Positions 23,201 through 36,344 are shown, numbered from the stretch's first letter. The stretch is DNA of 64,000 nt from Anthoceros angustus (GCA_010909165.1 MU008170.1:1054001-1118000), one strand, 5' to 3'. The notes: generated from the letters alone by a model not told the origin. A program made the numbers and translations.

Positions 23201-26200
23201 TTCCCACCATAAAAACTCCCTTGATGTCACATAAGGCTCAAGTTCCGAAAGACCGTCCTTTAGATGAGCAACGGACAAACTGGGTGCTATGACAACCTAG
23301 CTGAAGGAGAAACGGGGATGGAAGGTTGCACCTATCATGCCCAATCCCTCTGTAGTGTTAATCTCCTAGAATACCCAATCATAATGTGTAGGGTGCGTTG
23401 GTCTTGTGGAGGAGGTAGGAGTCGATAACCAGAAGGTCACGTGTTCAGATTCCCTGGTCAGCACACGATTTTGCAATTGGACATGATCAGGGAGGCAAAC
23501 GGACGAGATGTATTCATGTATGTGTCCCTCTCAAAATTTCAACATAATTGCAACAACCAAAGTGTTACAACGTCTATTATTCTGATTTTGAGCTTGGTGA
23601 ACCTCCTCCCCATGGCCATCTACATTAACCCTTGTTGTTTTACTCCGTATTTTACATGCCATTATTGTAATATATACGGGGATGTACTTGTATTTTACGT
23701 GTATGCTTTCATTCCATATTTTCGAGGTGATTATTCCAATACCTATCTACGAGCTTCTACGTATTTTGCTCGTGTACTTTTTGTGCCATATTTCCGTACT
23801 CATATTTGCAATATGCTCACCGACCGTCTTCGTATTTTATGTGTATTTTTCTACACCATATTCTATGCAATGTCTTATACGTCACCCGTGTATCGTGCAT
23901 TTGTATACGTCACTCGTATAATGTTTGTATACTTTCAAACCCATACAGTCCAAAAATACGACATATCCATATTTTAATGCACGATACACATGCTAGTTCA
24001 TCCAACCATCCACAATTGCGTTCTAGCGCGCTCCTTTTTGCCGCTGCGGGAGTGAAGTGGAAGTTGTGGTGTGGATTTTCAGCTCCTTGGCCTGTGCATG
24101 GTACATGCCATGCCTACTCCACATCGTAGGTAGCTACGCATGGCTTGTGATTTTGGCCTTCCCCTTCCTCTTCCATTCTGCGGCCATTTTCCTGTTGTCA
24201 TGTGCATACGTTTCTCCCCGTGTGGTATTAGAATTCGCAATCACAGCCATGCATATGCTATACAAATGGCCTTTGGCCTATGTAAGAGAAATTGCTAGCT
24301 GGAAAATTGCAATTTGCATGCTCACCTTGGCCACCTTGTCTCGATTTGTTTCGCCCATTTCTAACAACAATTTTGTGCTTGTCAACGTCCTCTCCATCGC
24401 AGCCCTCACCCGTATTATTCATGCTCCCCATCTACCTTTCCTCTTTTTACTACTATTACCCTATGGAATACCTAGTTTTACTTAGTAGTTCCCACCGATA
24501 CTCGTATGAATACATATATATATATATATATGACATATACATACATAAATAACCTACAATTATCTTCTACATGTATGTATATATATATATATATGACATA
24601 TACATACATATCTATACATCATATATTTACGGATATGTATATATATGACATATACATACATAAATAACCTACAATTATCTTCTACATGTATGTATGTACG
24701 TCCACATCGTTTAGTAGTTTGTCCTTGAGCACTCAATACCTTTGTGCCTACGAGTTTGTGTACTGCAGCTACCCATGTTTGCTATGCGCCGGCGTGGGGT
24801 TGTTTGGCTCCAAGTCCTCCCTCCTTCTCTCTCCCCTAGACAAGCGCCTCATGTCCGTTACGCCTTTTTGCCCCCTCGACCATGGGCTGGTGTTCCTCTT
24901 GGACCTCCCTATTCTCTCCGAGTCCTCATCATCACCATGCCGTGACGCCATGGCCCCACCAAATATCACGCTTATCGATCCCTCCGGACAAATGCCTCAT
25001 CTCTATATCTCGCCTTTCTTGTCCCTCCAAATTTCAATTATTTCTTCAATGCACTAGGCTCATGTCCTCACCCCACGCCTCCTCTCGAGTGGTCTTATTG
25101 CATTTCATCACCTTGATGTTCCCACACATACATTACATCTCGCACTTTGATAGATCGCCATTCCCGCCTATGTACCGGCCCCTGCTATCAAGAGACAACA
25201 CAAAGCTATCACTTGTTGGTGATGCCACACTCCCCAAGCTGTTTTCGTTGTCCACTTTTTTGCCCCCCTCGACACATCCACCTTGTCCCTCCCTCAAGCA
25301 ACATGACCATCGCTCGTTCTTGCCCCAACCACGTTGGTTCCTGGTGTTGCTAGGACAACTACATCATTGCCCTCGCTATCCTCCACAGTGTCATCCGTAT
25401 AGCCTCTGCCTGTCCTGTGACTACCATGCGATGGCCCCACCCTGTTAGCTTGGCGATAGCCTCTTCGCACTCCCCTAGCCTCACGGTGTGACCACAGGCT
25501 AGGTGGATGAGGAGGATAGCCCAGTCGAGCTACCCTCCTCATCCTCCCCACCTTTCTACAGCCTCCTGTCGTCGGTGCCATTGCAAATACCTCCCGACTG
25601 TGGTGTGTTTGCCGGCTGCATACAATCCTTGGCCACCTCCGTCTCACACCATTTCCCTATTCTTGTTGTGCTATATTTTCTTACGTTTTTTTGCCTCCTT
25701 TGCGCGGCAACCAGCTGCCTTCCTCCTGCATGAGGTCAGCATTCAAACTTGTCCGTAGACATTGAAGGCCTGAAATTTGAAATTCAGCAGCCATCCATGG
25801 CTTGCATGCATGTAAGTGTGAATAATGGCGAAATAAGCCGATTCCCACATTATCGCACTTGCAATGTCACGCCGCTTGAAATCAATGTCACATATGTATG
25901 GTCAAGGGAAGTGTACTAGGGTACATTATACTATTTAGTGACTGAATATCATTAAATATAATGTGCAAACAAGACAAGACAGCCCCTAAGCCCACCCTAC
26001 TCCGTAATTCTCCGAACACATCACTAGTCCACACGTCACTACCCCAACCACGACCACTACTATGTGCCACCGTCCATGAGTTCTTACTCCTCCATCCCCG
26101 AGCCGTGTGGGAACAACAACTCCCTAATCTATGTTATCCTCCATCGCCTCACGCAAGATGCACTTTTGGATTATCCGCGATGGCCATACAAATGGGCCAT

Positions 26201-26930
26201 CGATGGAGCGCACCCTACAAATGCAATGCCTCTTCATGTTTACACGGTCGAATCCCATGTACGACGTCTCCAATGATGGTCTGGTTCCACTTGGTAACAC
26301 TCATACCAACGAACTTCAACGATACAGGCTTATACTTCTCCCAAAAATGTCATGAACGGGAGGCTGCAGTTGGTGATAATAGTACACTTTTTTATCTCTT
26401 GACCGTCAAGAGCGCAGCGTTATAGTGTCCGGCAAATTTCAAAAACTCCAAACCCCTTGCCTTCCTAACGTGGCGAGTGCTTGCTTGCTCCTTATAACAT
26501 CACAAACCCACGGTCCGCTTTTAACATTGGGTGTACTTCCACTTCTGATCCGAGTACCACCTCCAAGGTTTGTGTAGCACAAGGCCAATGTTGTTTTCCA
26601 CAATAACACCAATCTCCTCTTGGTCCACCCGTAAAGCTTCCCACCATAAAACTCCCTTGCGTTGTTTTCCACAATAACACCAATCTCCTCTTGGTCCACC
26701 CGTAAAGCTTCCCACCATAAAACTCCCTTGATGTCACATAAGGCTCAAGTTCAGAAGACCGTCCTTTAGATGAGCAACGGACAAAGGGGTGCTATGACAA
26801 CCTAGCTGAAGGAGAAACGGGATGGAAGGTTGCACCTATCATGCCCAATCCTCTGTAGTGTTAATCTCCAGAATACCCAATCATAATGTGTAGGTGCGTT
26901 GGTCTTGTGGAGGAGGTAGGAGTCGACCTA
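20222..26930. repeat. About 3.3-kb imperfect tandem duplication inside the CACTA element
   Basis: 20222-23520 is repeated from ~23519, giving near-identical ORF translations. A third partial copy begins at ~27687. Confidence 0.9.
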
Positions 26931-27137
26931 TCACACGAAGGGTATTTTGATTGAGGCGACATGATTGGAGGCAAGGGGGATATGTATATGTATATGTATA
27001 TACATGTGCCATGAAAGATACTGGGGCCATGTGTACATAGTATACATGCAATTTTGTATGTCTATTTGGAATGGAAATAAATAAAATATAGCGATTGCAA
27101 TTCACACATATCTATACATCATATATTTACGGATATG

Positions 27138-27144
<7 letters not shown>

Positions 27145-27180
<36 letters not shown>
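27145..27180. repeat. (TA)n microsatellite; equivalent tracts near 24515 and 28750
   Basis: Directly visible. Confidence 0.95.
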
Positions 27181-27182
<2 letters not shown>

Positions 27183-28742
27183 CATATACATACATAAATA
27201 ACCTACAATTATCTTCTACATGTATGTATGGCATAAGGCTAAAAGATTAGGCTTCAACCCATGAATTGCGTGGTCAAGCAAAAATATTAATAAAGAAATG
27301 GTGAAGTTATGAGGTAGAGAAAGGTGAGTTGCTAGTCCATGTTAGGGAGGGTGCAATGAAGAGGGTAAGGTGAGACATAAACAAATAGTTCTCCAAAGGG
27401 GTGTAATAAAGAGGGGAGGATGATAGGGGAGAGAAAGGGGGCTCCTTGTTACACTCATGTTGCAATTGCATGTGGGAAATCATAAACAATGCTTGTGAGA
27501 GAGGAGGTGTAGGGGTGAGGTGGTAAGAGAGAGAGCCAGGTTCGTGTTAAGATGGTGGTACTACATGGGGAAAGAATTGACAAACTTAATACCAAGCCTC
27601 CAAAGCATGTTGCAATTTAGAAGTGTAACATAAAAATGTAACAACGACCGTAAGATAGGCCGCCTTTTCTAGTAGGGCATCTCCAGCGTGTGGGAACAAC
27701 AACTCCTAATCTATGTTATCCTCCATCATCTTGGATGTAGCATACCGGATTATCCGCGATGGCGGCCAAATGGGCCATCGATGGAGCGCACCCTACAAAT
27801 GCAATGCCTCTTCATGTTTACACGGTCGAATCCATGTACGACGCTCCAATGATGGTCCGGTTCCACTTGGTAACACCTATACCAACGAACTTCAACGATA
27901 CAGCTTATACTTCTCCCAAAATGTCATGAACGGAGGCTGCAGTTGGTGATAATAGTACCTGGCTTCCTTTTTTATCTCTTGACCGTAGTGCAGTCAAGAG
28001 CGCAGCTGTTATAGTGTCCGAAGGCACAAATTTCAAAAACTCCAAACCCCTTGCTTCCCATCGCGTAGGTCGAGTATTGCTTGCTCCTTATAACATCACA
28101 AACCCACGGTCCGCTTTTAACATGCAGGTTAATGTACCTTCCACTTGATCCGAGTACCACCTCCAAGGTTTGTGTAGCACAAGGCCAATGTTGTTTTCCA
28201 CAATAACACCAATCTCCTCTTGGTCCACCCGTAAAGCTTCCCACCATAAAAACTCCCTTGATGTCACATAAGGCTCAAGTTCAGAAGACCGTCCTTTAGA
28301 TGAGCAACGGACAAACTGGGTGCTATGACAACCTGGCTGAAGGAGAAATAGGGATGGAAGGTTGCGCCTATCATGCCCAATCCCTCTGCAATGTTAATTT
28401 CCTAAAATACCCAATCACAATGTGTAGGGTGCGTTGGTCTTATGGAGGAGGCCGGAGTCGATAACCAGAAGGTCATGTGTTCAGATTCCCTGGTCAGCAC
28501 ACGATTTTGCAATTGGACATGATCAGGGAGGCAAACGGACGAGATGTATTCATGTATGTGTCGTGCGTATACATATAAAATATGCATGTGCCATGAAAAA
28601 CAACAGCATACACGGCCGTGTGCACCATGTACAGGTACATAGTATACATGCAATTTGTATGTCTATTTGGAATGGAAATAAATAAAATATAGCGATTGCA
28701 ATTCACACATACATATCTATACATCATATATTTACGGATATG

Positions 28743-28787
<45 letters not shown>

Positions 28788-29288
28788 CATATACATACAT
28801 AAATAACCTACAATTATCTTCTACATGTATGTATGGCATAAGGCTAAAAAGATTAGGCTTCAACCCATGAATTGCTGTGGTCAAGCAAAAATATTAATAA
28901 AGAAATGGTGAAGTTATGAGGTAGGAGAGAAAGGTGAGAGTTGCTAGTCCATGTTAGGGAGGGTGCAATGAAGAGGGTAAGGTGAGACATAAACAAATAG
29001 TTCTCCAAAGGGGGTGTAATAAAGAGGGGAGGATGATAGGGGAGAGAAAGGGGCTCCTTGTTACACTCATGTTGCAATTGCATGTGGGAAATCATAAACA
29101 ATGCTTGTGAGAGAGGAGGTGTAGGGGTGAGGTGGTAAGAGAGAGAGCCAGGTTCGTGTTAAGATGGTGGTACTACATGGGGAAAGAATTGACAAACTTA
29201 ATACCAAGCCTCCAAAGCATGTTGCAATTTAGAAGTGTAACATAAAAATGTAACAACGACTGTAAGATAGGCCGCCTTTTCTAGTAGG

Positions 29289-30295
29289 AATCATGAAGGC
29301 CAAGACGGTGTAACACTGACGCCGAGGGGCCATCAAGCACCACTCGCTTTAGCGCAGAATCTTTAGTAGATGAGGCCCACTGTACATGCCACTCCTGCAA
29401 ACTTGCCACATGAATCAGTTGACGCTCTCGGAACACAGATAAGGTATAGTCTTCACTGGAAATTGGAAGAAGAGTGGCTGCCTTAGTAGTAACATCTGCC
29501 AACTCATTGCCGACTACATTATTATGGCCCGGAATCCAGTGGAGGTTTAGGGAAACTTGAGGGTGAGCAAGAGAGAGGGTATGGAGAGCGGCCCAAGCCC
29601 ATATTGAGATAGCCTGGGAGGAGCGCACAGATGTGTCAGTTAAAGACAAGATAACTGCTTGGTTATCAATGAATATGTTAACTGAGCGAACCCCAGAGAG
29701 TGTGGCTAAAAGAGTAGGTAGGTATGAGATGGCCTTAACCACAGAAAGGAGTTCCGCCTCAAAAATCCCATAGTAAGTCTCTAAATCAAAAAACAATTGA
29801 TGCACATTATCCCTGTTGAAATGGAAAACCGCCACCCCTCCAGCTTTACCATACATGAGGGAACCATAAGTGTAAATTGCAAGAGTATTAGGAGCCAGCA
29901 GATATTGAGAATGTGAGGTAATGGCTAACTCAGGAGATGGTAAAATCATAGTGGTTGAGGGTACAGACAGGGGGGAGCCCAGGGGGGAACAAGGCGAGTG
30001 AAAATGGTCTCAATGAAAGTAGGGGTGGGCAACAGTAACACCAAATAGAGAGGAGCTTAGGAAAGGAGGGTGAGTCGGCTACGGTTAGGTTTGTAACACC
30101 ATTTTTTGTGGTTAGAGGCCGGTAGAAAGGCTTGGTGGATTGGTTGGGAAGGAGGGCAAGAGAGGTTACAGAGAAGAGAGCGGAGAGAATGGCGTTGAAG
30201 ACGGATCTCAATGGGCAGAAGGAAAGCTTCAAGTTCAAGGCCTCAGTGGAGGTGGTTAGAAGCCCGCCAGTAATTGCCTTACAAGCTAGACGTTG
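29289..30295 (-). mobile_element. 5'-truncated LINE: end of RT connection region plus RNase H
   Basis: LACKAITGGLLTTSTEAL, then RNase H motifs IYTYGS, FEAEL, IFIDNQA and WIPGHNNVVGNELAD. Confidence 0.85.
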
Positions 30296-30750
30296 AACCC
30301 GCTGAAGATGTTGAATATGCGTGCGCCCGCCATCTTAAGTTATCTTTTAAGAAACATAAAATTGGATAGAGATACTAGAGGATTAGCAATTTTAGTCAAA
30401 TTTGACAAAGGTATCAGATATTCGATTAGTGCAGTAGTGTTACATGCAAGGAAACAATTTGATCGTGTAGTTATGTAGCTAAAAGGTAAGGTATTAATGA
30501 AGGTAGCCGTGTGAGTAGCCTGGGTAGTTCACGGTGATGGAGTTAAGAAAGACATGCACAACCTTGGCTGATTCAAAATTCGCTTGAAGAGATTGTCATA
30601 GACTTGCAGGCATCTGGACATTCCAATTTAGCTGCATGTCAAGATGATTTGGGCTCATAGACTGAAGGGTGTTGCGTTACTTAGTACTCACATTGTTACA
30701 TTCAACCATAAAACTTACAGCAAGATTGGAACTCGCATGACATGAATTGG

Positions 30751-30840
30751 TTAAATTGCTAGAGTTATGCAGCATCACATTTAGTTAAATTGCTAGAGTT
30801 ATGCAGCATCACATTTAGTTAAATCGCTAGAGTTATGCAG
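30751..30840. repeat. 33-bp tandem repeat (about 2.7 copies)
   Basis: ttaaattgctagagttatgcagcatcacattta(g) is repeated. Confidence 0.85.
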
Positions 30841-32032
30841 TAGAGCTATCTCAGAACTGACAAACAAACTTGTTTGTTGTCACTTACCTGGTGGAAAATG
30901 TGTAGAATTGAAGATACTCGCAAGGTTTTTCAGTGATTGGTCTCGAAGAATGTGGTCACACGGGTAGCTATGATTGCTGAGCATACACTGAGGTAGACTC
31001 TTACCGGAGCACCAGCTGGGTGTATAGTACAGTGATTGTTAAGCAACGAGGAATTCTAGTTGAGAGGCGTGGAAAACCTAGCAAGGTTTTGCAAGGGAGA
31101 TCAAGCAAACATGTTTAAGCTGCTTTGTAGCATATGCATGCATAGGCTTTGGTCACAATTGAAAGCTGAGCCAGAAAGGAAAGTCCTATTGAAGGATGAG
31201 CCAAAAGAGGCAAAGAGTTGCTGAAGCCAGATGGTTGAGTTTCACCTACTATTCTATGTGGAGTAATTTCTCGAAGTATGGAAGAATGAAAACAGACCCA
31301 CTAAAGTATTGTTTAAAGTGTAAGAGTTTACATGACGTTATCATGACAACATTGTTTATGATTTTTTGGCTACAAGGATTGTGAGGATGTAGCATCTATG
31401 AAATTTACAAGCCCCTCCCACATTATCCAACAATTATCAAGAAAAATAGGAAAAATCCTTCGTCCATTAGGGGTTAACACACTTATAGCAATTCTAAGAT
31501 AGTCTCATTTGGTGGCCAAGTGAATGATAGTCAGGGCCGTCATGATGTCAATAAAAACTTTTGAGAGTTTCTAAGCTCATAGACACCTACTCATAGCTCC
31601 AATGTCGGCGAGTATGCACTCTTCTTCAAGAAAGAAAGGGTGAGTTTGGACTCCTTTTCTTCAAGAAAGAAAGGGTGAGTTTGACCTCTTTTTTTAAAGT
31701 TTTCCTTTACCATTGATTAGATCGAATTTGGACTCCTTCTTTTTATGGTTTTTCTTTGCCATTGGTTAGACCTTTGACCGACTAGGGTGCTTTTTTTTCT
31801 TTCTTTAGGGTGCTCTTTTTTCTTTCTTTAGGGTGCTTTTGTTTTGTTCCAATCATACGTATACTTATTTATTTATTATAAAATCTCGTAATTCTCTAAA
31901 AAGAATAACGGGTTCTGCACACGAAGAAGAAGAGAAGAAGTCTATTATAGTTCACTTGGATGCAACCTTGGATGCAACATAAGTCAAGGTAAAGATAGGT
32001 AGTAAGTATTACAATCTCCCGAGTTGTCTCAA

Positions 32033-32575
32033 CTATGGGAGAGCAGGAGCGCGGGCGGGCTGTTCAACCGACGACGCGGCTACACCCGCCATGGCTTGGC
32101 GTTGCTGTGACCTGAGCATGGGAATGTCGGCGTAATCGGCATAGTTGTAAATGAGGAAAGCATAGCCACCTCCGAAGACGGCAAGCGACACACCCAGCAC
32201 TCCGAACCACAGCACGCCTCCAAACGACTTGCTAAGCTGCGCCTCCAGCTGCGATGTGGCACTCGGTGCATCCTCCGCCTCCCGTTCCTCCTCCGGAGCC
32301 GGCTCCCGCTCGTCCGAGCCCTTGCCCTGGCCATGGCCGGTCGCCGGTGCTACACTCCATGAGCTGGTGCCTCTTGGTATGTTCCGAATCCCTAAATGCT
32401 GCAGCGCGGTGAAGGATTGGCCGGAGCCGGTGGAATTGGACGGCAATCGCGTCCCGGGATGCCGCCGTAGCATCCCGCGTGCGCATCTTAAGCCTTCGGT
32501 GGCCGCGTCGCTCCTGCTGTTGCAGTGGGAGAGAAGGCAAGAGCACGATGCAGCTGCCGCGCCAACCTGCGCCAT
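32033..32575 (-). CDS. Unknown single-pass membrane protein, possibly plastid-targeted (about 180 aa, intronless)
   Basis: ATG at 32575 (MAQVGAAAASCSC...). Ser/Arg/Ala-rich N-terminus, acidic linker and hydrophobic helix GGVLWFGVLGVSLAVFGGGYAFLIY. GC-rich ORF with an AT-rich 3' flank. Confidence 0.6.
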   Translation of the reverse strand: MAQVGAAAASCSCLLSHCNSRSDAATEGLRCARGMLRRHPGTRLPSNSTGSGQSFTALQHLGIRNIPRGTSSWSVAPATGHGQGKGSDEREPAPEEEREAEDAPSATSQLEAQLSKSFGGVLWFGVLGVSLAVFGGGYAFLIYNYADYADIPMLRSQQRQAMAGVAASSVEQPARAPALP

Positions 32576-33828
32576 CTTCCTCGGCTGCACTTCCTGCTGC
32601 ACCGGAGGTGCTTGGGGGAGGAATGCAATGGAACCAGAGCTAACAATCGGGCATCGTTAGCTGTAATTGGGATTAATGGTAACGGCCTGCGGGCGGCCGG
32701 TCAAGAAAGGAAGCGTGTGGAGCCGGAGAGCCGTGAGAAGTAGGGGATGATTTTGGCTAGTGGCTTGGTAGAACTAACCGCGGGCATGTATGTGCATTCA
32801 TTGTCGAGAGACGTCTCGTCTCTCACATCGTGCTCCTCTCTTTCTTGTTCTTTATTTCAAGCAAGCTGCTGCTTCGGCTTAACAAGCTTGCTTGCAGCGT
32901 TGATTGTATGTCTCATCTTCGGCTCCATCTGGGTGCTCTATCTTATATCTCCAGCCTTCTGTGTTTCTGTCTTCACAATTTTGGCTCAGTCTTTCTTGCA
33001 TTGAAACGTTGTCAAGTTCGTCCGGGTAAAAAATTTGTCTGCACTGAGAAGCTGGGGCCTTGTTTGCAGTTGTCGTTGCGTCTGAAAGTTCATTTCTTAA
33101 TGGATCTTTGATCGCTAATGAAGTCTATTACTTTGCGGAGGATGCGCGTGTGCAGCGGGCTTGGACGCGGATCTCTGCTCATTACCTTTTTGTGTGGTTG
33201 CTTGTGCGTTCAGATGTGTTCGATGGATTCGGAAGACGGGCAACACGGGTGGTCGGAGTGCAAAGATGGTGAAGTATAGAAAGCTTGCCCTTACTGGCTT
33301 TTCCTGCTCCTCAGAGTGTTTTATCAGCTGAGCTCTCAGAATCGTAGTTTCTTGATTGACAGTGTGTGCTCACTTGGCAGTAGGAGAGCCTTGTTAGTGG
33401 ACGATGACGTTGTCACAAATATTGCATACGATATTTTGCACCGGCTCCCTGTTGTGATGGAGAAGTGGCCTTTTTCTCATGCAGAATGGTGCATTGCATG
33501 AAGATTATGATCCGCAAGTCCGCACAACTACATAATCGTGGAGCTGCAGCTGCAGCTGCATATATCAGTTGGAGTCACTTTGAGTCACTGGCAGTGGAGG
33601 GACAGTTACCGTTCAAGAGCGCCTGACAGTTGAGAAGGCGTTCACGATTGATCAATGAGCAGGCAGACTGTGAAGGAGCCTGCTACATGAATGAATTTTT
33701 GCGCGGGTTCAGAATGCCAAGCGGCCTGCAAGTAGGTATGGTGTCAGCTGTGGGACACGAGATTGAAGCCTGCATGCTCTTCGATGCGTGACAGAAGTTG
33801 AGGTACTGCATACCTCCATCGATATCCC

Positions 33829-35217
33829 ATGGGACGACAGCTGAAATACGAGGACAGGTCACTACGGGAGATCCATGGCACTGCAGCCCCCGGCAGCGAC
33901 GTCTCAGCATCGGTATCTCCTCGGAGCCACAGGAGGTCCCGCAGCAGCAGCAGCAACAGCAGCAGCCGGAGCAGGACGATGTCACCTCCCAGGAGTCTGC
34001 GAGGGTTCGGCAACGTCTGGTCCCCGAGCCCCCGGCCACCACAGCCCCAAACACAGCCACAGCCACAGCCACAGCCTCAGCCACATGCAGGGACGGGGGC
34101 TCCCAGAGCCAACGGCAACAGCACATCCATGCGGAGCAGCCGGAATGTGAAGCACTGGCCACCATTGCAGGTGACGATGCTGAAGGAGCTGGGGGAGGCC
34201 ATGGCCAAGGATCCCCACGGCCTCGGCAACGGCGCAGACACCATAGTGGGAGTGAGCAACGGAGGGGCTTACACGATCGGGCCTCTGTACAAAGGGGGAT
34301 ATGCCGCAGGGCAAGGCCCCCGCGCGGCGGGCGCACCGGGGAGGGGGTCGGTGCAGAAGCGGAAGATGGCGGTGGTCATGCCGCTCTTCATGCTGGCCAA
34401 TGTGGCATACTTCATGGCCACCATGTACCTGAACGACTGCCCCCGCCGCGGACAGGGCCATACATGCGTCGGCAGATTCCTGCACCGGTTCTCGTTCCAG
34501 CCGCTGGAGGAGAACCCGCTGCTGGGCCTGAGCTCCGGGCGGCTGGCGGCCATGGGAGCCGTGGGGAAGGCGGGTGGCGGCTGCTCGCTCTGGCTGCACG
34601 CCGGGCTGTTGCACCTGCTGATGACGCTGGCGGCTGGGCGTGGTGGGCGTCCGGCTGGAGCGCGACCTGGCTACCCAGCGCCGGGCTGGCGTACGTGGTG
34701 GCGGGCGTGGGAGGCAGCCTGCTGTCCGCCCTGCTCTATAGCGGGAGGCGGCGGCGGCGGCTCGGGGGCCCTGCTGGGCGTGCTGGGAGCCACCGGCGCC
34801 GAGATGGCCACCAACTGGAGCAACTACCGGCACAAGGGCAGAATGCTGGGCTGCTGCGCGCTGCTGCTGGCCGCCTGCGCATGTCAGGGCGTCATGCCCA
34901 ACGTGGGCAACTGGAGCCACCTCGGAGGCTCCGTCACCGGCTTTCTCATCGCCTTCGTCTTCCTGGTTCGCCCGCACCTGTGGACGCGCCCCGCGCACTC
35001 GGGCTACGACCCTGACGACGCCCTCCAGAGTCCCGGCCCCCACACGCTCGTCTGGGCCCTCGCCTTGCTTCTGCTTGTGGGCTTCTACGCGGGAACTGTC
35101 ATCGCGCTACTGGCGGCAGGTTCTTCCGCGCGCGCACATTGCCTACACCACTCTTTTTGCCGACAGCTCACCTGCATTCCCACCTCCCGCTGGCATTGCA
35201 ACTATTTTTATAATTGA
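33829..35217 (+). CDS. Rhomboid-like intramembrane serine protease (plant RBL type), with local indels
   Basis: MYLNDCP...RFSFQPLEENPLLG, LWLHAGLLHL, catalytic GSGALLG and NWSHLGG, and C-terminal LTCIPTSRWHC. Frame is disturbed at ~34570-34760. Confidence 0.9.
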   Translation: MGRQLKYEDRSLREIHGTAAPGSDVSASVSPRSHRRSRSSSSNSSSRSRTMSPPRSLRGFGNVWSPSPRPPQPQTQPQPQPQPQPHAGTGAPRANGNSTSMRSSRNVKHWPPLQVTMLKELGEAMAKDPHGLGNGADTIVGVSNGGAYTIGPLYKGGYAAGQGPRAAGAPGRGSVQKRKMAVVMPLFMLANVAYFMATMYLNDCPRRGQGHTCVGRFLHRFSFQPLEENPLLGLSSGRLAAMGAVGKAGGGCSLWLHAGLLHLLMTLAAGRGGRPAGARPGYPAPGWRTWWRAWEAACCPPCSIAGGGGGGSGALLGVLGATGAEMATNWSNYRHKGRMLGCCALLLAACACQGVMPNVGNWSHLGGSVTGFLIAFVFLVRPHLWTRPAHSGYDPDDALQSPGPHTLVWALALLLLVGFYAGTVIALLAAGSSARAHCLHHSFCRQLTCIPTSRWHCNYFYN

Positions 35218-35902
35218 CCCGACAAGGGCTTCTTTTTTGCCATGACGAATAATTATTCTACAAAATAACTAACAGAATATGGCTACACACCTAACCTCTG
35301 CCGCTCCTAGACATTCCTTTCCATCTTTGCTCGATATGATAAATAGGACAGGACAATTTTCTGAAAGGGCAGAGCACATCGGGCTGGCCAAATGTGTCAA
35401 GGACAACAACGTTTGAACAGCATCCAGTCGCTGCTCTTCCCTTGCAAGTCAGGGAAGGGTGATATTGTCGGGAAGTTATTGGTTTGCATACAGTTGGTAT
35501 CTTACAGGAAAACAAGGGGAGAATCTGCCACAGTTGCCTGGCCAGAGGCACCGAGCGCGCGCCTGGCCATCGGTAGGAAGCAATTTCCATCCCATCCCCA
35601 GCCGTAAAATGTTTACGGAAAAAGCAGCAGCAGCAGAAAGGTTCTGGTCTATATCTACAACCAACTAGCTGCAGCGTTGTGAGGAAATTGAATGCACCGC
35701 ACAGCCTGTCCACACTGTCCGAAGTTGGTCCACAGGCGGCAAAAAGAGTGGAGCCGATTTCGATGTCAATTCGCTAGACATTGACGTGAGTGGTGCCTGC
35801 GCCTGCAGAGACAGCACAAATGCAAACAAGAAGTTTGGTTAGGCCAGGGTCTGAGGTGTAGAACGGCAAAATGTTAGGGTGAAGAGGTGAGGGAGATCCA
35901 CG

Positions 35903-36344
35903 TCACTTACGAGAGTGCTGCAAGGGCGAGCTGGAGTGTTTGCAGGAAGAGGAGGAGGAGGATTGCAGCATCTGAGAGCATTCATCTAACTTCTGCTGGC
36001 ACAGCTTCGTAGTGGCATCGTCCAGTGCCTTGCTCAAAGCCCGGGCCTCCGAGTCTTGTCTCTGCCTGGCATAGGCGGTGAAGAAATCCTTGTTCTCTTT
36101 CTCCAGCTCTTTCCACACTAATGGAAGCAAGGCAAGGAAGGCGGTTAGGAAAGCCTTCAAAGAAGAGGAAGAAGTTCAATCAAGATGTGGAAGCGGAGCT
36201 AGGGCTAAGGCTGCTTGCAGATTGCCATGTGGCCTCACCTGTGAGCGTGATGACAGGCTTCACATGCGCATACTTGGCAAGAGCCTTGACGCAGTCGTCG
36301 CGATCCATGTAGAGCAGCAAACATCTCTCGATCAAGTGCTGCAC
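35903..36344 (-). CDS. A_thal_3526 (TIGR01589)-family plant protein; upstream exon not resolved
   Basis: Exon 36344-36239 (VQHLIERCLLLYMDRDDCVKALAKYAHVKPVITLT) and exon 36117-35903 (VWKELEKENKDFFTAY), with GT-AG junctions. Confidence 0.85.

Larger units (their letters stand above)
20025..29288. mobile_element. Non-autonomous CACTA/EnSpm-type DNA transposon with CCCTA termini, internally duplicated
   Basis: Left end CCCTACTAGAAAAGG at 20025. Right ends CCTTTTCTAGTAGGG (27663-27677) and CCTTTTCTAGTAGG (to 29288). 3-bp TSD AAT at 20022-20024 and 29289-29291. Clustered subterminal TGTTACA/TGTTGCAAT motifs at both ends. No recognisable transposase. Confidence 0.85.

Noticed and set aside
20110-28800. 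Many Tyr/Ile/Cys-rich ORFs inside the CACTA element
   Set aside because: They arise from low-complexity and duplicated non-coding sequence, and no transposase motif was found.
33683-35043. Long alternative-frame and antisense ORFs (405 aa, 353 aa, 217 aa)
   Set aside because: They are shadows of the GC-rich rhomboid CDS. The 405-aa frame only carries the true sequence briefly between indels.
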